This document shows positions 8,395 to 16,486 of a stretch of 64,000 bases of DNA, one piece after another; position 1 is the first letter of the stretch, and the number at the start of each line of letters is the position of its first letter. Made by a program: the position numbers and the translations under genes. The notes beneath the pieces were generated by a model, which searched no databases, was not told the DNA's origin, and saw only the letters and a list, made by a program, of their open reading frames with translations. This DNA comes from an uncultured bacterium (GTDB taxonomy: Bacteria > Patescibacteriota > Doudnabacteria > UBA920). The DNA lies in the NCBI GenBank assembly GCA_963749445.1, contig CAVVMJ010000007.1, forward strand, positions 9,971 through 73,970. The letters are read 5' to 3'.

Positions 8395-9978
8395 CTATCC
8401 GACCTCCGATTTATCCGACATTCCGACATTCCGACATTCCGACATTCCGACATTCCGATTTATCCGAATCATACTCGTACTCTGGCTGACGTTTTGGATT
8501 TGCGTCTGCAAAATATATTGGACAATGGCAATGATGCTAAAGGACAGCAAAGCAATGGCTAAACCCAAAATGGCCCAGGTGATGGTCTTGCGCGCGGCCG
8601 TGACCGCCTCTTCGTTGCCCTGGGACATGACGTAGCGGAAGCCACCGATGACTATAAAAGCCACGGACCACAAAGCAATGACGCCCAAAAAGGCGCGCAT
8701 TATCAACAGCAAAGTCGCAGTCAAAGAATCCACGGGCAGGGGGTTATATAAACAATTGTTGGCATCGGGACCGGTACAATTAGCGGTGGAAGGAGTGCCG
8801 GCGGCAGAACATGTCCCTCCCGTGGCGGCTGAACATATCTGCCCGGAACTGCAAGTCCCCTGCTGCCCGGGACCTCCGGTACAAGAAGCACCAGGCGCGA
8901 CAGCCGCGGTCGGACTTACAGTAATATTAAAAGTAGTCGGTCCAACCCCATTTAACGCTGTGGTTCCGTCAGCGGCCACCGGAGTCGCGACAATTGAATT
9001 AACGCCGCTAATATTAAAACCGGAGTTTGCGTCCAAGGTAAAATTTTGGCTCCATTGTTTTGAACTGTCAAGTTTTACATCTTGATTACCCGCGTGCACC
9101 AATAAAATGCCGCCACTGGGCATATTGGTGGCAGAAATTGTTATGGTAGTTCCGGGCGCATAAGTACTATTGGCCGCAGGCGGCGATAAAACAACCGTCG
9201 GCGCGTTACCACTTGCGCCTGTGGCCTGAGTTAAAGTATAAGTTTGATCATAAATTCCCTTGCCGCTACTATCAGTCAGGACAAATCTTAACTTGTTATC
9301 CCCATTGCTAATAAATCCATTTGTGGCATTTACCGCTATTTGGTTGCCGCCTGAGTATATTGCAACAAAGTGATTATTATCGTTGACATAAATGTTTCCC
9401 TGCGCACCGGGCGGAAAATCTGTATAAGTAATTTTTAAGGTATCGCCAATTTTAGCGGTAGGCGGTGAAACTGTAAAGTTAAACCCCTCTCCTAAAGGAT
9501 TATTAGAAACATTTAGCTGTTTTCCCCAATTTTTTGTATCTCCCAAGTCACCCAAACTTGAATGAACATCCAAATAGTAAGGAAAAATGTAATCTGACCC
9601 TGACTTGGTAACATCACTCCAACGGGAAAAATTTGATAAATTAAAAGGGCAGTCAATATTAACATTGTTAGGAACAGGCGGGCTGACCTGGCACCTGGCC
9701 AAATACCAAGGGCTACCACTGATAGGGGCAATAAAATCAAACTCCATGATATTATTGGCACTACAGCCGTTTGTATTAACTATGGTATTAAATTTTGCCG
9801 AATCGCCTTTATAAATTCTGGTTGGAACTGCCTCCATAGAGGTAATTTGCACCTGGCAAATTCCTGCGGCTATTGCAGATTTTATGAATCCACGCCCAAA
9901 AACCCCGGCCAGCATCAATAAAATTATGACGCTGCTTTTTAGTGCGCTTAATATTTTATTGTACTTGTTCTGCGTCAT
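8395..9978 (-). CDS. TrbC/VirB2-like pilin-family protein with about 400-aa N-terminal ectodomain
   Basis: Signal SSVIILLMLAGVFG, a beta-rich repeated ectodomain and a Cys/Gly/Thr linker (CTGGPGQQGTCSSGQICSAATGGTCSAAG). Core is GGFRYVMSQGNEEAVTAARKTITWAILGLAIALLSF. The last about 25 codons run into the CCGACATT tandem repeat. Confidence 0.75.
   Translation of the reverse strand: MTQNKYNKILSALKSSVIILLMLAGVFGRGFIKSAIAAGICQVQITSMEAVPTRIYKGDSAKFNTIVNTNGCSANNIMEFDFIAPISGSPWYLARCQVSPPVPNNVNIDCPFNLSNFSRWSDVTKSGSDYIFPYYLDVHSSLGDLGDTKNWGKQLNVSNNPLGEGFNFTVSPPTAKIGDTLKITYTDFPPGAQGNIYVNDNNHFVAIYSGGNQIAVNATNGFISNGDNKLRFVLTDSSGKGIYDQTYTLTQATGASGNAPTVVLSPPAANSTYAPGTTITISATNMPSGGILLVHAGNQDVKLDSSKQWSQNFTLDANSGFNISGVNSIVATPVAADGTTALNGVGPTTFNITVSPTAAVAPGASCTGGPGQQGTCSSGQICSAATGGTCSAAGTPSTANCTGPDANNCLYNPLPVDSLTATLLLIMRAFLGVIALWSVAFIVIGGFRYVMSQGNEEAVTAARKTITWAILGLAIALLSFSIIAIVQYILQTQIQNVSQSTSMIRINRNVGMSECRNVGMSDKSEVG
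8415..8460. repeat. tandem octamer (CCGACATT) x5 plus partial copy
   Basis: ccgacatt repeated five times from 8415 to 8454, then ccgatt. It forms the 3' tail of the 527-aa pilin ORF. Confidence 0.9.
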
Positions 9979-9990
9979 ACTTTTTGATTT

Positions 9991-10485
9991 TTACTTCCCT
10001 GCCGGCGCGATGCCTTCTTCCACGTTATAGGAATTTGGGACGCAGGTATAACTGCTCGGGTTGGTCAAAGTAATGTAAGTCCACGGACTGGCAAAATCAA
10101 TTTTGCATTTGGACATTAATAGAATATTAACTGCGGTATTGACGAACATATACGCGGCCACGACCACAAAAAATCCTATGAATACCTGGGTTAACGCTCC
10201 CTTGTGTTTGGTAATGTCCTCCTCGTTGCCGCTGCTCGCCACCAGCCAAAAAGAATGTTCAACAATCTTGTAAACCGCGTAAAGCCCGGCCATGGCTATC
10301 AGCCAGTTGGTCACCCGCGCCACCCCGTAAAAAGCGTCCAAAACTCCGCAGGGATGATTATCCGTCGGCCCGCTGCCGCCGCAGGGAACTAGTCCAGCGG
10401 CATGGACGAAAAATGGCATAGAAAAAGCTATTGTTATTGTTAAGATTACCGCAACTAAAAGCCTTTTTTGTTTCAAGATAATCAT
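9991..10485 (-). CDS. TrbC/VirB2-like (T4SS-pilin family) membrane protein, divergent member
   Basis: Signal LLVAVILTITIAFSMPFFVHA; core FWLVASSGNEEDITKHKGALTQVFIGFFVVVAAY. First gene of the minus-strand pilin array. Confidence 0.7.
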   Translation of the reverse strand: MIILKQKRLLVAVILTITIAFSMPFFVHAAGLVPCGGSGPTDNHPCGVLDAFYGVARVTNWLIAMAGLYAVYKIVEHSFWLVASSGNEEDITKHKGALTQVFIGFFVVVAAYMFVNTAVNILLMSKCKIDFASPWTYITLTNPSSYTCVPNSYNVEEGIAPAGK

Positions 10486-10542
10486 TTTTCTACAATAACT
10501 CTACCACATTTTTGGCAAATTTTCAATTTTTGTCGCTTTGTT

Positions 10543-10619
10543 GAAATTGCGAGGGCGTGCATCCGACCGAAGCAATCCCCAAAAAATAACCGGATTGCTC
10601 CGGCCACCCTCGCAATTTC
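10543..10619. repeat. palindromic element, GAAATTGCGAGG...CCTCGCAATTTC family
   Basis: GAAATTGCGAGGG...GAAGCAATCCCC...GGATTGCTCCGG...CCCTCGCAATTTC. Same termini and core as the copies at 28170, 43436 and 48538. Confidence 0.75.
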
Positions 10620-10727
10620 ATAAAAAACACAACTTTGCAAAAACAACAACTAGTTTCCCAATTTCCAATTTTTCTGTCGTTTTGGCTTTGCATTGGAAAT
10701 TAGTAATTGGGTATTGGAAATTCGCCA

Positions 10728-12024
10728 TCACTGCCCCGCAGTGATTGCGGCCGCTTGTTGTTCGGCTTGACTAAGCGAATCCTGCGCGCTCAACCCGTTT
10801 AAAATTACGTTATCAATCGCCTTGCCGAAAATGTTGTCCATCTTGGCCTGGTCCGGGCGGTAAAAAGATTTAGCGGTAAGGTTGGCGTTGGCAAACACGC
10901 CGATGTCCGGGTCCGGAATTTGCAGCTCAATAAGGTCGCGGCGCGAAGACGGCACTTTGTTTTGCGCGTAATATTGGTCCAGGCTGTCCTTGCTCGTTAA
11001 AAATTTTACCAAATCCCAGGCTGCGGCCAGTTCTTACTCTGTTTGCTCACCACCTCTCCCCAGTAGTTGGCAAAATTCACGGATGGGTTATTCAAATCCG
11101 GCTGCGGCACGCCGGCCACGTCAAAATTCAAATTGGGAGATTTTTGTAAGATGGTGGCGCGACTATAGGAATAGCTGTACAAAAACGCGGCGCGGCCGTT
11201 GGCAAAAGCGTCAATGGAATAATCGCTTTGGGCGTTCCAGTTGTAATTAGGGCTGGAAGGATTGGCAAAAGATGTGTAAAAACTCAAAGCACTGACTCCG
11301 GGATTGGTAAAATTGCCGTTTTTCTGAACCGGGTCGGCAAAAGTCGGCTGCATGCCGGTATAAGGCATGGTGCCCTGCTGCAGCATCATCAAATACAAAA
11401 TATCCACCGCGCGATTGACATTGGCGTTAGTACCTAATGCTACGCCGCTTTGCAAAAAATAACCGTGGCTGTCCTGCCGCTTGATTTTCTGCACATCCGT
11501 TGCCAGCTCGCTCCAGGTCTTCGGCGGCGTGGCAATCCCCGCGCTGCCCATCATATCCTTGTTATAATACAGCGCCAAAGAATCCACGGACATGGCCGCG
11601 CCGTAAATTTTTCCTGGCTGGTAAAATCGTTGACCACCGCGTCCACAAAGGTATCCTTAAAATCCTTCAAAGTAAAAATGGAAGCCGGCGAAGGCGTGGC
11701 TTTGTCCAAATACTGCGGCAGCCAGGCGTTGTTGATGGAAAAAATATCCGGCCCGTTGCCTGCGGCCAAAGCGTTCAGCAAATCCTGCTGGTAAGTGTTA
11801 ATGTCTTTTTTGGTGTAGACGATGGTAATATTGGGATTTTTTTGGCGGTAAGCGTCGAGCAGCGGCTGCAGGCTTTGGCTGTCCATAAACGGATTCCACA
11901 TGGTCAGGGTAATATTCCGCTGAACCGTAGTTGTCCCTCCCCCGCCGCATCCCGCCGCAAGCAAACTAAGGCCGATGGCGGATAAAAGCAATTTTGGTTT
12001 GAAAAATTTTCTTTTTGGTTTCAT
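10728..12024 (-). pseudogene. ABC transporter extracellular solute-binding lipoprotein (family 1), two frameshifts
   Basis: Three track ORFs (11551..12024, 11006..11593, 10728..11012) are consecutive parts of one SBP. Lipobox is LSLLAAGCGG. Junction 1 ...NDFTSQEKFT / PGKIYGAAMSVDSLALYYNKD lies near 11615; junction 2 ...VVSKQSKN / ELAAAWDLVKFLTSKDSL lies near 11030. Confidence 0.8.
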
Positions 12025-12123
12025 ATGCCGCGGATATTCACGCGGATTACTACGCGGATCTACCGCTGACAGCCGCGCCTTCCGCGTCTGATCTGCGTTG
12101 CTATCCGCATTTAATCCGCAATT

Positions 12124-13038
12124 TTAAATTTTTAGACCTTTTAAAAATTTGCCAAACTCTTCCCTCAAATCCTCGTGTTTAAGTCCGAATTCCACCACGG
12201 TCTTTAAATACTCCAGCTTGTTGCCGCAGTCGTAATATTTGCCTCCTTTAATCTCCAGGGCGTGGCACGGCTTGCCTTTTTCCAGCAAAATATTGACGGC
12301 GTCAATGTAAACCAGCTCTTTCGGCGTGTTGTCCTCCTTTACCCGCCACATGGCTTCCTCAATAGCGCCAAACATTTCCGGCCCGTAAACCGCTCCGGAA
12401 ATCACCGCGTAGTCGGAATCAATTCTGCCGGGCCCGGGTTTTTCTATCAACCGGTCAATTTTCAAAAGCCCCGGCTTGATTTCTTTGCCGACCGCGTAAC
12501 CGTAGCGCTTGTAATCTTCGTCTTTGTTCATCCGAATGCTGGCCAGCATGGCGCTGGAATCGCTTGAGCCAAAAGCTTCCACCAATTGCCGGCTCCGCGA
12601 AGGCTCGGCTTCTATAAAATCATCTCCCCACAAAACCAAAAACGGCTCATTGCCAACAAAGTCCCGCGCGTTCCAAATCGGCGTGGCATTGCCCAGCGGC
12701 CCTTTTTGCCGGACAAAATAAAAGTTGGCCATGTTGGCGATGTTGCGGATTTGTTCCAGCTCCTCGTATTTGTTGGCTTCTTCCAACCGTTTTTCCAGTT
12801 CAAACGGATAGTCAAAATGGTCCTCAATGCTGCGCTTGCTCTGGCCGGTGACGATAATGATGTCTTCAATGCCCGCGCTCACCGCGTCTTCCACCACGTA
12901 CTGAATAATTGGCTTATCCACTATGGGCAGCATCTCCTTTGGCTGGGCTTTGGTGGCCGGCAAAAACCTGGTCCCATACCCCGCCGCCGGAATAATAGCT
13001 TTTCTGATTTTCTTGTTCATGATGATATTATACATCAA
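12124..13038 (-). CDS. galU: UTP--glucose-1-phosphate uridylyltransferase
   Basis: AIIPAAGYGTRFLPATKAQPKEMLPIVDKPIIQYVVEDAVSAGIEDIIIVTG is the GalU signature. The likely start is MNKKIRK at 13020. Confidence 0.85.
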   Translation of the reverse strand: MMYNIIMNKKIRKAIIPAAGYGTRFLPATKAQPKEMLPIVDKPIIQYVVEDAVSAGIEDIIIVTGQSKRSIEDHFDYPFELEKRLEEANKYEELEQIRNIANMANFYFVRQKGPLGNATPIWNARDFVGNEPFLVLWGDDFIEAEPSRSRQLVEAFGSSDSSAMLASIRMNKDEDYKRYGYAVGKEIKPGLLKIDRLIEKPGPGRIDSDYAVISGAVYGPEMFGAIEEAMWRVKEDNTPKELVYIDAVNILLEKGKPCHALEIKGGKYYDCGNKLEYLKTVVEFGLKHEDLREEFGKFLKGLKI

Positions 13039-13041
13039 CTT

Positions 13042-13122
13042 CTACTAAATACGAAAGTGGCTAAAAATACTAAACTTATGGTTTATAAGTTTAGTATTTT
13101 TAGATAATTTAGTATTTAGTAA
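13042..13122. terminator. long nested hairpin built from ACTAAAT-type words
   Basis: A perfect 19-bp stem: CTAAAAATACTAAACTTAT (13061-13079) with ATAAGTTTAGTATTTTTAG (13085-13103). It is nested in outer arms TACTAAATAC / GTATTTAGTA. Lies downstream of comM and upstream of galU. Confidence 0.5.
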
Positions 13123-13125
13123 AGA

Positions 13126-14631
13126 TTATTCCGTCTTCGGGCGGTACTGAATGGCTTCGGACAGATGTTTGATGATGATATTCTCGCTGCCGTCCAAGTC
13201 GGCTATGGTGCGGCTAACTTTGAGTAGGCGGTGCATGCTGCGGCCGGAAAAATTGTAGCGTTGCATGGCGGTTTTCATCAGCTGCTGGCCGGCCTGGTCC
13301 AGCCGGCAAAATTCCTTCAGCTCCACCAAGCTCATTTCGCTGTTGGTCTTGGCGCGGCCATAACGCGCGGTTTGGATTTCCCGTGTGCGCTCCACGCGCA
13401 GTTTAATATCGGCTGATTTTTCACCGGCTTCAGGCTGCGACATTTTATCGTAAGAAAGGCGCGGCACTTCCACGTGCAAATCAATGCGGTCAAGCAATGG
13501 ACCGGAAATTTTTTTCTGGTATTTAAAAATCTGCCCGGGGGTGCAGGCGCACGGCTTGCTGCCGTCGCCCAAATAGCCGCACGGGCAGGGATTCTGCGCC
13601 GCTATTAGAGTAAACTTGGCCGGAAAAGTAAAACTGCCCGAGGCGCGCGCCACAGTGACCACGCCGTCTTCCAACGGTTGCCGCAGCGCTTCCAAAACAT
13701 TGCGCGGAAATTCCGGAAATTCATCCAAAAATAAAATTCCCCGATGGGATAACGTCACTTCCCCGGGTTTAGGGTTGGCGCCGCCGCCCACCAACGCCAC
13801 GTTGGAAGTAGTGTGGTGCGGGCTGCGCACCGGCCGGCTGGCCACAAACGAACCGGTTAGCTTTCCCGCAATGCTGTAAATTTTGGTCAGCTCCAAAGCC
13901 TCTTCCAAAGCCAAATCCGGCAACAGGCCGGCCATGGCGCGGGCCAGCAAAGTCTTGCCGCTGCCCGGCGGGCCCGAAAGCAGCACATTATGCCCGCCAG
14001 CGGCCGCGATTTCCAGCGCCCGCTTGGCCAGTTCCTGCCCGGCAATATCGCTCATGTCCAAAGCCGGCGCGGGATTAATTAAAATTTTCTCCAAATCAAT
14101 AGGCGGCTGTTTGGTCAAATTGCCGCTGCCTAACAAATGCTCCAATAACCCTTTCAGGTGGGCCACCGGAAAAATTTTCAGTCCACTAACCAGCGCCGCT
14201 TCCCGGGAATTTTCCCGGGGCACAAAAATTTCCTTAAACCCCAATTCTTTGGCCCTAAGCGCCGCGGCCAAAACCCCGGGCACCGGCCTGACCTGTCCGT
14301 CCAGGGACAATTCTCCCAAAAACAGTTTACCTTTGCCGTCAAAACTGATTTGCTCCGAGGCCGACAAAATCGCCAAGGCAATCGGCAAATCAAACTGCGT
14401 GCCCAACTTTGGCACGTCGGCCGGCGCCAAATTCACGGACACGCGCGTCGGCGGATAAAAACAGCCGGAATTTTTTATCGCCGCCTTGACGCGCTCGCGG
14501 CTTTCCTGCACCGCCGTATCCGCCAGCCCCACGACAACCGTAGCCGGAAGTCCGTTAGTAATGTCAGCTTCCGTTTCCACCAATTCCGCGCCCAAGCCCA
14601 CCACGGCCGCGGAATAAATTCGCGCGATCAT
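13126..14631 (-). CDS. comM: YifB/ComM family Mg-chelatase-like ATPase
   Basis: N-terminal Lon-like domain MIARIYSAAVVGLGAELVETEADITNGLP, Walker A LSGPPGSGKTLLARAM, and C-terminal ...HRLLKVSRTIADLDGS. Confidence 0.9.
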   Translation of the reverse strand: MIARIYSAAVVGLGAELVETEADITNGLPATVVVGLADTAVQESRERVKAAIKNSGCFYPPTRVSVNLAPADVPKLGTQFDLPIALAILSASEQISFDGKGKLFLGELSLDGQVRPVPGVLAAALRAKELGFKEIFVPRENSREAALVSGLKIFPVAHLKGLLEHLLGSGNLTKQPPIDLEKILINPAPALDMSDIAGQELAKRALEIAAAGGHNVLLSGPPGSGKTLLARAMAGLLPDLALEEALELTKIYSIAGKLTGSFVASRPVRSPHHTTSNVALVGGGANPKPGEVTLSHRGILFLDEFPEFPRNVLEALRQPLEDGVVTVARASGSFTFPAKFTLIAAQNPCPCGYLGDGSKPCACTPGQIFKYQKKISGPLLDRIDLHVEVPRLSYDKMSQPEAGEKSADIKLRVERTREIQTARYGRAKTNSEMSLVELKEFCRLDQAGQQLMKTAMQRYNFSGRSMHRLLKVSRTIADLDGSENIIIKHLSEAIQYRPKTE

Positions 14632-14706
14632 TTTTGAATGGAATTATGAATCAAAAATTATGAATCATGGGCCAAATCCCCTAATTCTTAATTCCTGATT
14701 CCTGAT

Positions 14707-15150
14707 TCAATCTTTATCCGCAATTCCCTTTTTATTCCAACCGGATGAGAAAAATAAAATAACTATGCCAATAATAATATATCCGTCCGCCAAATTATAA
14801 ACCCCCACCCACTTCCAAAAATGGATATAAATAAAATCCCGGACGTAACCCAAAACCAAGCGCTCGCCGACGTTCAAAGCGGCACCGGTAAAAATCAACA
14901 GCCAGGCCAAACTCTGCCCAAAACTAAATTGCCGAAAGTTTTTTGTACAATAAATTACCATGCCCAAAATTACCACAGCGTAAATTGTAAACATCAATCC
15001 GTTCGGCAGCGGCAGGCTGAACGCGAATTGCCTGTTCAAAAATTGATGGCTGACGATTTTTTTGGAGGCTTGATCAAAAACAATCAACAAAGCAAACAAA
15101 AAAACACCCAGCCCCCAAAAGCTCCTGGATGTTTTTTGAAAATTTTCCAT
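14707..15150 (-). CDS. lspA: lipoprotein signal peptidase II
   Basis: Four TM segments. Has FDQASKKIV and the C-terminal VRDFIYIHFWKWVGVYNLADGYIIIGIVILF motif (FNxAD). Confidence 0.8.
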   Translation of the reverse strand: MENFQKTSRSFWGLGVFLFALLIVFDQASKKIVSHQFLNRQFAFSLPLPNGLMFTIYAVVILGMVIYCTKNFRQFSFGQSLAWLLIFTGAALNVGERLVLGYVRDFIYIHFWKWVGVYNLADGYIIIGIVILFFSSGWNKKGIADKD

Positions 15151-15172
15151 TCCGGATTCTGAAATGAATGCT

Positions 15173-15268
15173 TTCCATTTCGACCGAATGCACCTGAGGG
15201 AGAAATCTATTAACTTCTAACTTCGGATATTAACGGATCTCTCCTCGACTGCACTCGTCGAGATGGGA
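15173..15268. repeat. CCATCCCGA-type imperfect palindromic element (family X)
   Basis: Left half TTCCATTTCGACCGAATGCACCTGAGGGAGAAATC is mirrored by GGATCTCTCCTCGACTGCACTCGTCGAGATGGGAA. Related copies at 38231, 57900 and 62440. Confidence 0.6.
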
Positions 15269-15284
15269 AAAAATATGCTAAGTT

Positions 15285-15638
15285 CTATAATGCCTTATCA
15301 GCCCACGGCATAGCGCGCAAACGGGCTTCGGGTATCTGTTTGCCTTCGTCGTCCGTCCCGTAAGTCCCCTGGCCGATTTTCGCCAAGGCTTTGTCAATTT
15401 TGGCCAAATCCGCCTGCATTACGGCAATCACGTCCTGGCTGGCTTCGTCCACGTTAATTTCCTCGGCATTTTCGTCTTCTTCGTCGCCCATTTCAGTATG
15501 AGCCGAAAGGCCGGCCAAATCATTCTCCAGTTGCCGCTTTTTTTGCAGCAGCTGTTTTTTCATTTCTTCGGTAAAAGATTGCGATAGCATATTTTTTTGA
15601 TTATCTGATGTAATTTCATTATAGCCGATATCCGTCAT
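15285..15638 (-). CDS. DksA/TraR-family protein lacking the C4 zinc finger
   Basis: A coiled-coil N-terminal part and a C-terminal GQGTYGTDDEGKQIPEARLRAMPWA, which aligns with the CxxC...IPxxRLxAxP region of DksA/TraR but has the Cys residues replaced. Confidence 0.6.
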   Translation of the reverse strand: MTDIGYNEITSDNQKNMLSQSFTEEMKKQLLQKKRQLENDLAGLSAHTEMGDEEDENAEEINVDEASQDVIAVMQADLAKIDKALAKIGQGTYGTDDEGKQIPEARLRAMPWADKAL

Positions 15639-15653
15639 TTATCAAAACTCTCG

Positions 15654-15822
15654 GGCAGGGCTTACGCATTGGCCAAGTGCGAGGCATTTTGCGAGGATGT
15701 TTGGAGGCGTACTAAAGGTACGACGACAAACACCGCAGCAAAATAACGAAGCAATTGGCCAAAGCCACTTTTTTGGAACCCGGACTTCCTCTGCCAAAAA
15801 ACGGCGGTGCGTAAGTCCTGCC
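15654..15822. ncRNA. candidate structured RNA (169 nt, three-way architecture), class unknown
   Basis: Closing helix 15654-15667 / 15809-15822: 14 bp, with one G-U on + (A-C on minus). Next helix is built on TTGGCCAA at 15669-15676 and 15755-15762. Further helices: ATTTTGC/GCAAAAT, GTTTG/CAAAC and hairpin CGTAC-TAAAG-GTACG. A side hairpin TTTTTTGG (15769-15776) / CCAAAAAA (15794-15801) carries a 17-nt loop. Confidence 0.5.
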
Positions 15823-15851
15823 AAAATTGAAAAAGCGCCCCGGTTAGGGGC
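15821..15851 (-). terminator. terminator-like hairpin
   Basis: GCCCC (15837-15841) pairs with GGGGC (15847-15851). On the minus strand it is followed by GCUUUUUCAAUUUUGG; the + strand tail is weaker (CGUUUAUAAAAU). Confidence 0.45.
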
Positions 15852-16486
15852 CGTTTATAAAATAAAATGCCCACGCGAGGCGCTTGTAACCCGAAATTAA
15901 TCGGATACGCTTCGCGCAAACGAGTTGCGCAAAGAATACCACACTGTTAATTCCAGGCCTTCCCAACTTTACAGTCGGGAGAAAGCGTCTGAAGTCCAAT
16001 CGCATTTCAAACTGCACTCTAAACTTCTCTTGTGGTAGTTTAACAACTACCTAAAAACTTTGATTGCCTATTTTGGGCAATTAATGCTAATCCATTGGGG
16101 AATAAATTAGCCTACATTTTTGTTTTTGTTTTTCAAACAGCTTAGATTGGAATAAGCTATGACGAGAAGTTTAAAGGAAAATACCCTCAAATATCAAAAT
16201 TAAGAGCAACTTCCTTTAGTTCAGTTTACCTCGACCTTGCGTCGGGGTTTGAAATCAATTTTTAAAGTGCTTTTGTTTCCGAATCTGCTTGAATAACTGT
16301 GTATTTATCATAGCAATGTTTGCCTAAAATGTCAATTACTGACGTCTTTTGTAACTAAACTCCTTTTAAATAAAAGCGATTTAAATTTTGCTGATATAAG
16401 TTGGCTTGCTTTACCGAATTTTTGATTATTTTATCTTTTGGGGATAACCCATATAAACCTTTTAATTATGCCGGGAATAGGAAAAT

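Noticed and set aside
8415-8460. CRISPR array (also considered for the repeats at 18677, 41695 and 42221)
   Set aside because: The units are 7-8 nt and directly abutting, with no spacers. No cas genes are in the window.
15777-15793. RNase P RNA, suggested by the minus-strand string GAGGAAGUCCGGGUU resembling the P4 5' strand
   Set aside because: The complementary P4 3' strand (…CCCGG(A/C)UU…) is absent from the same strand. The enclosing helix-bounded element is only 169 nt. A full-length RNA would have to run through the DksA-like CDS.
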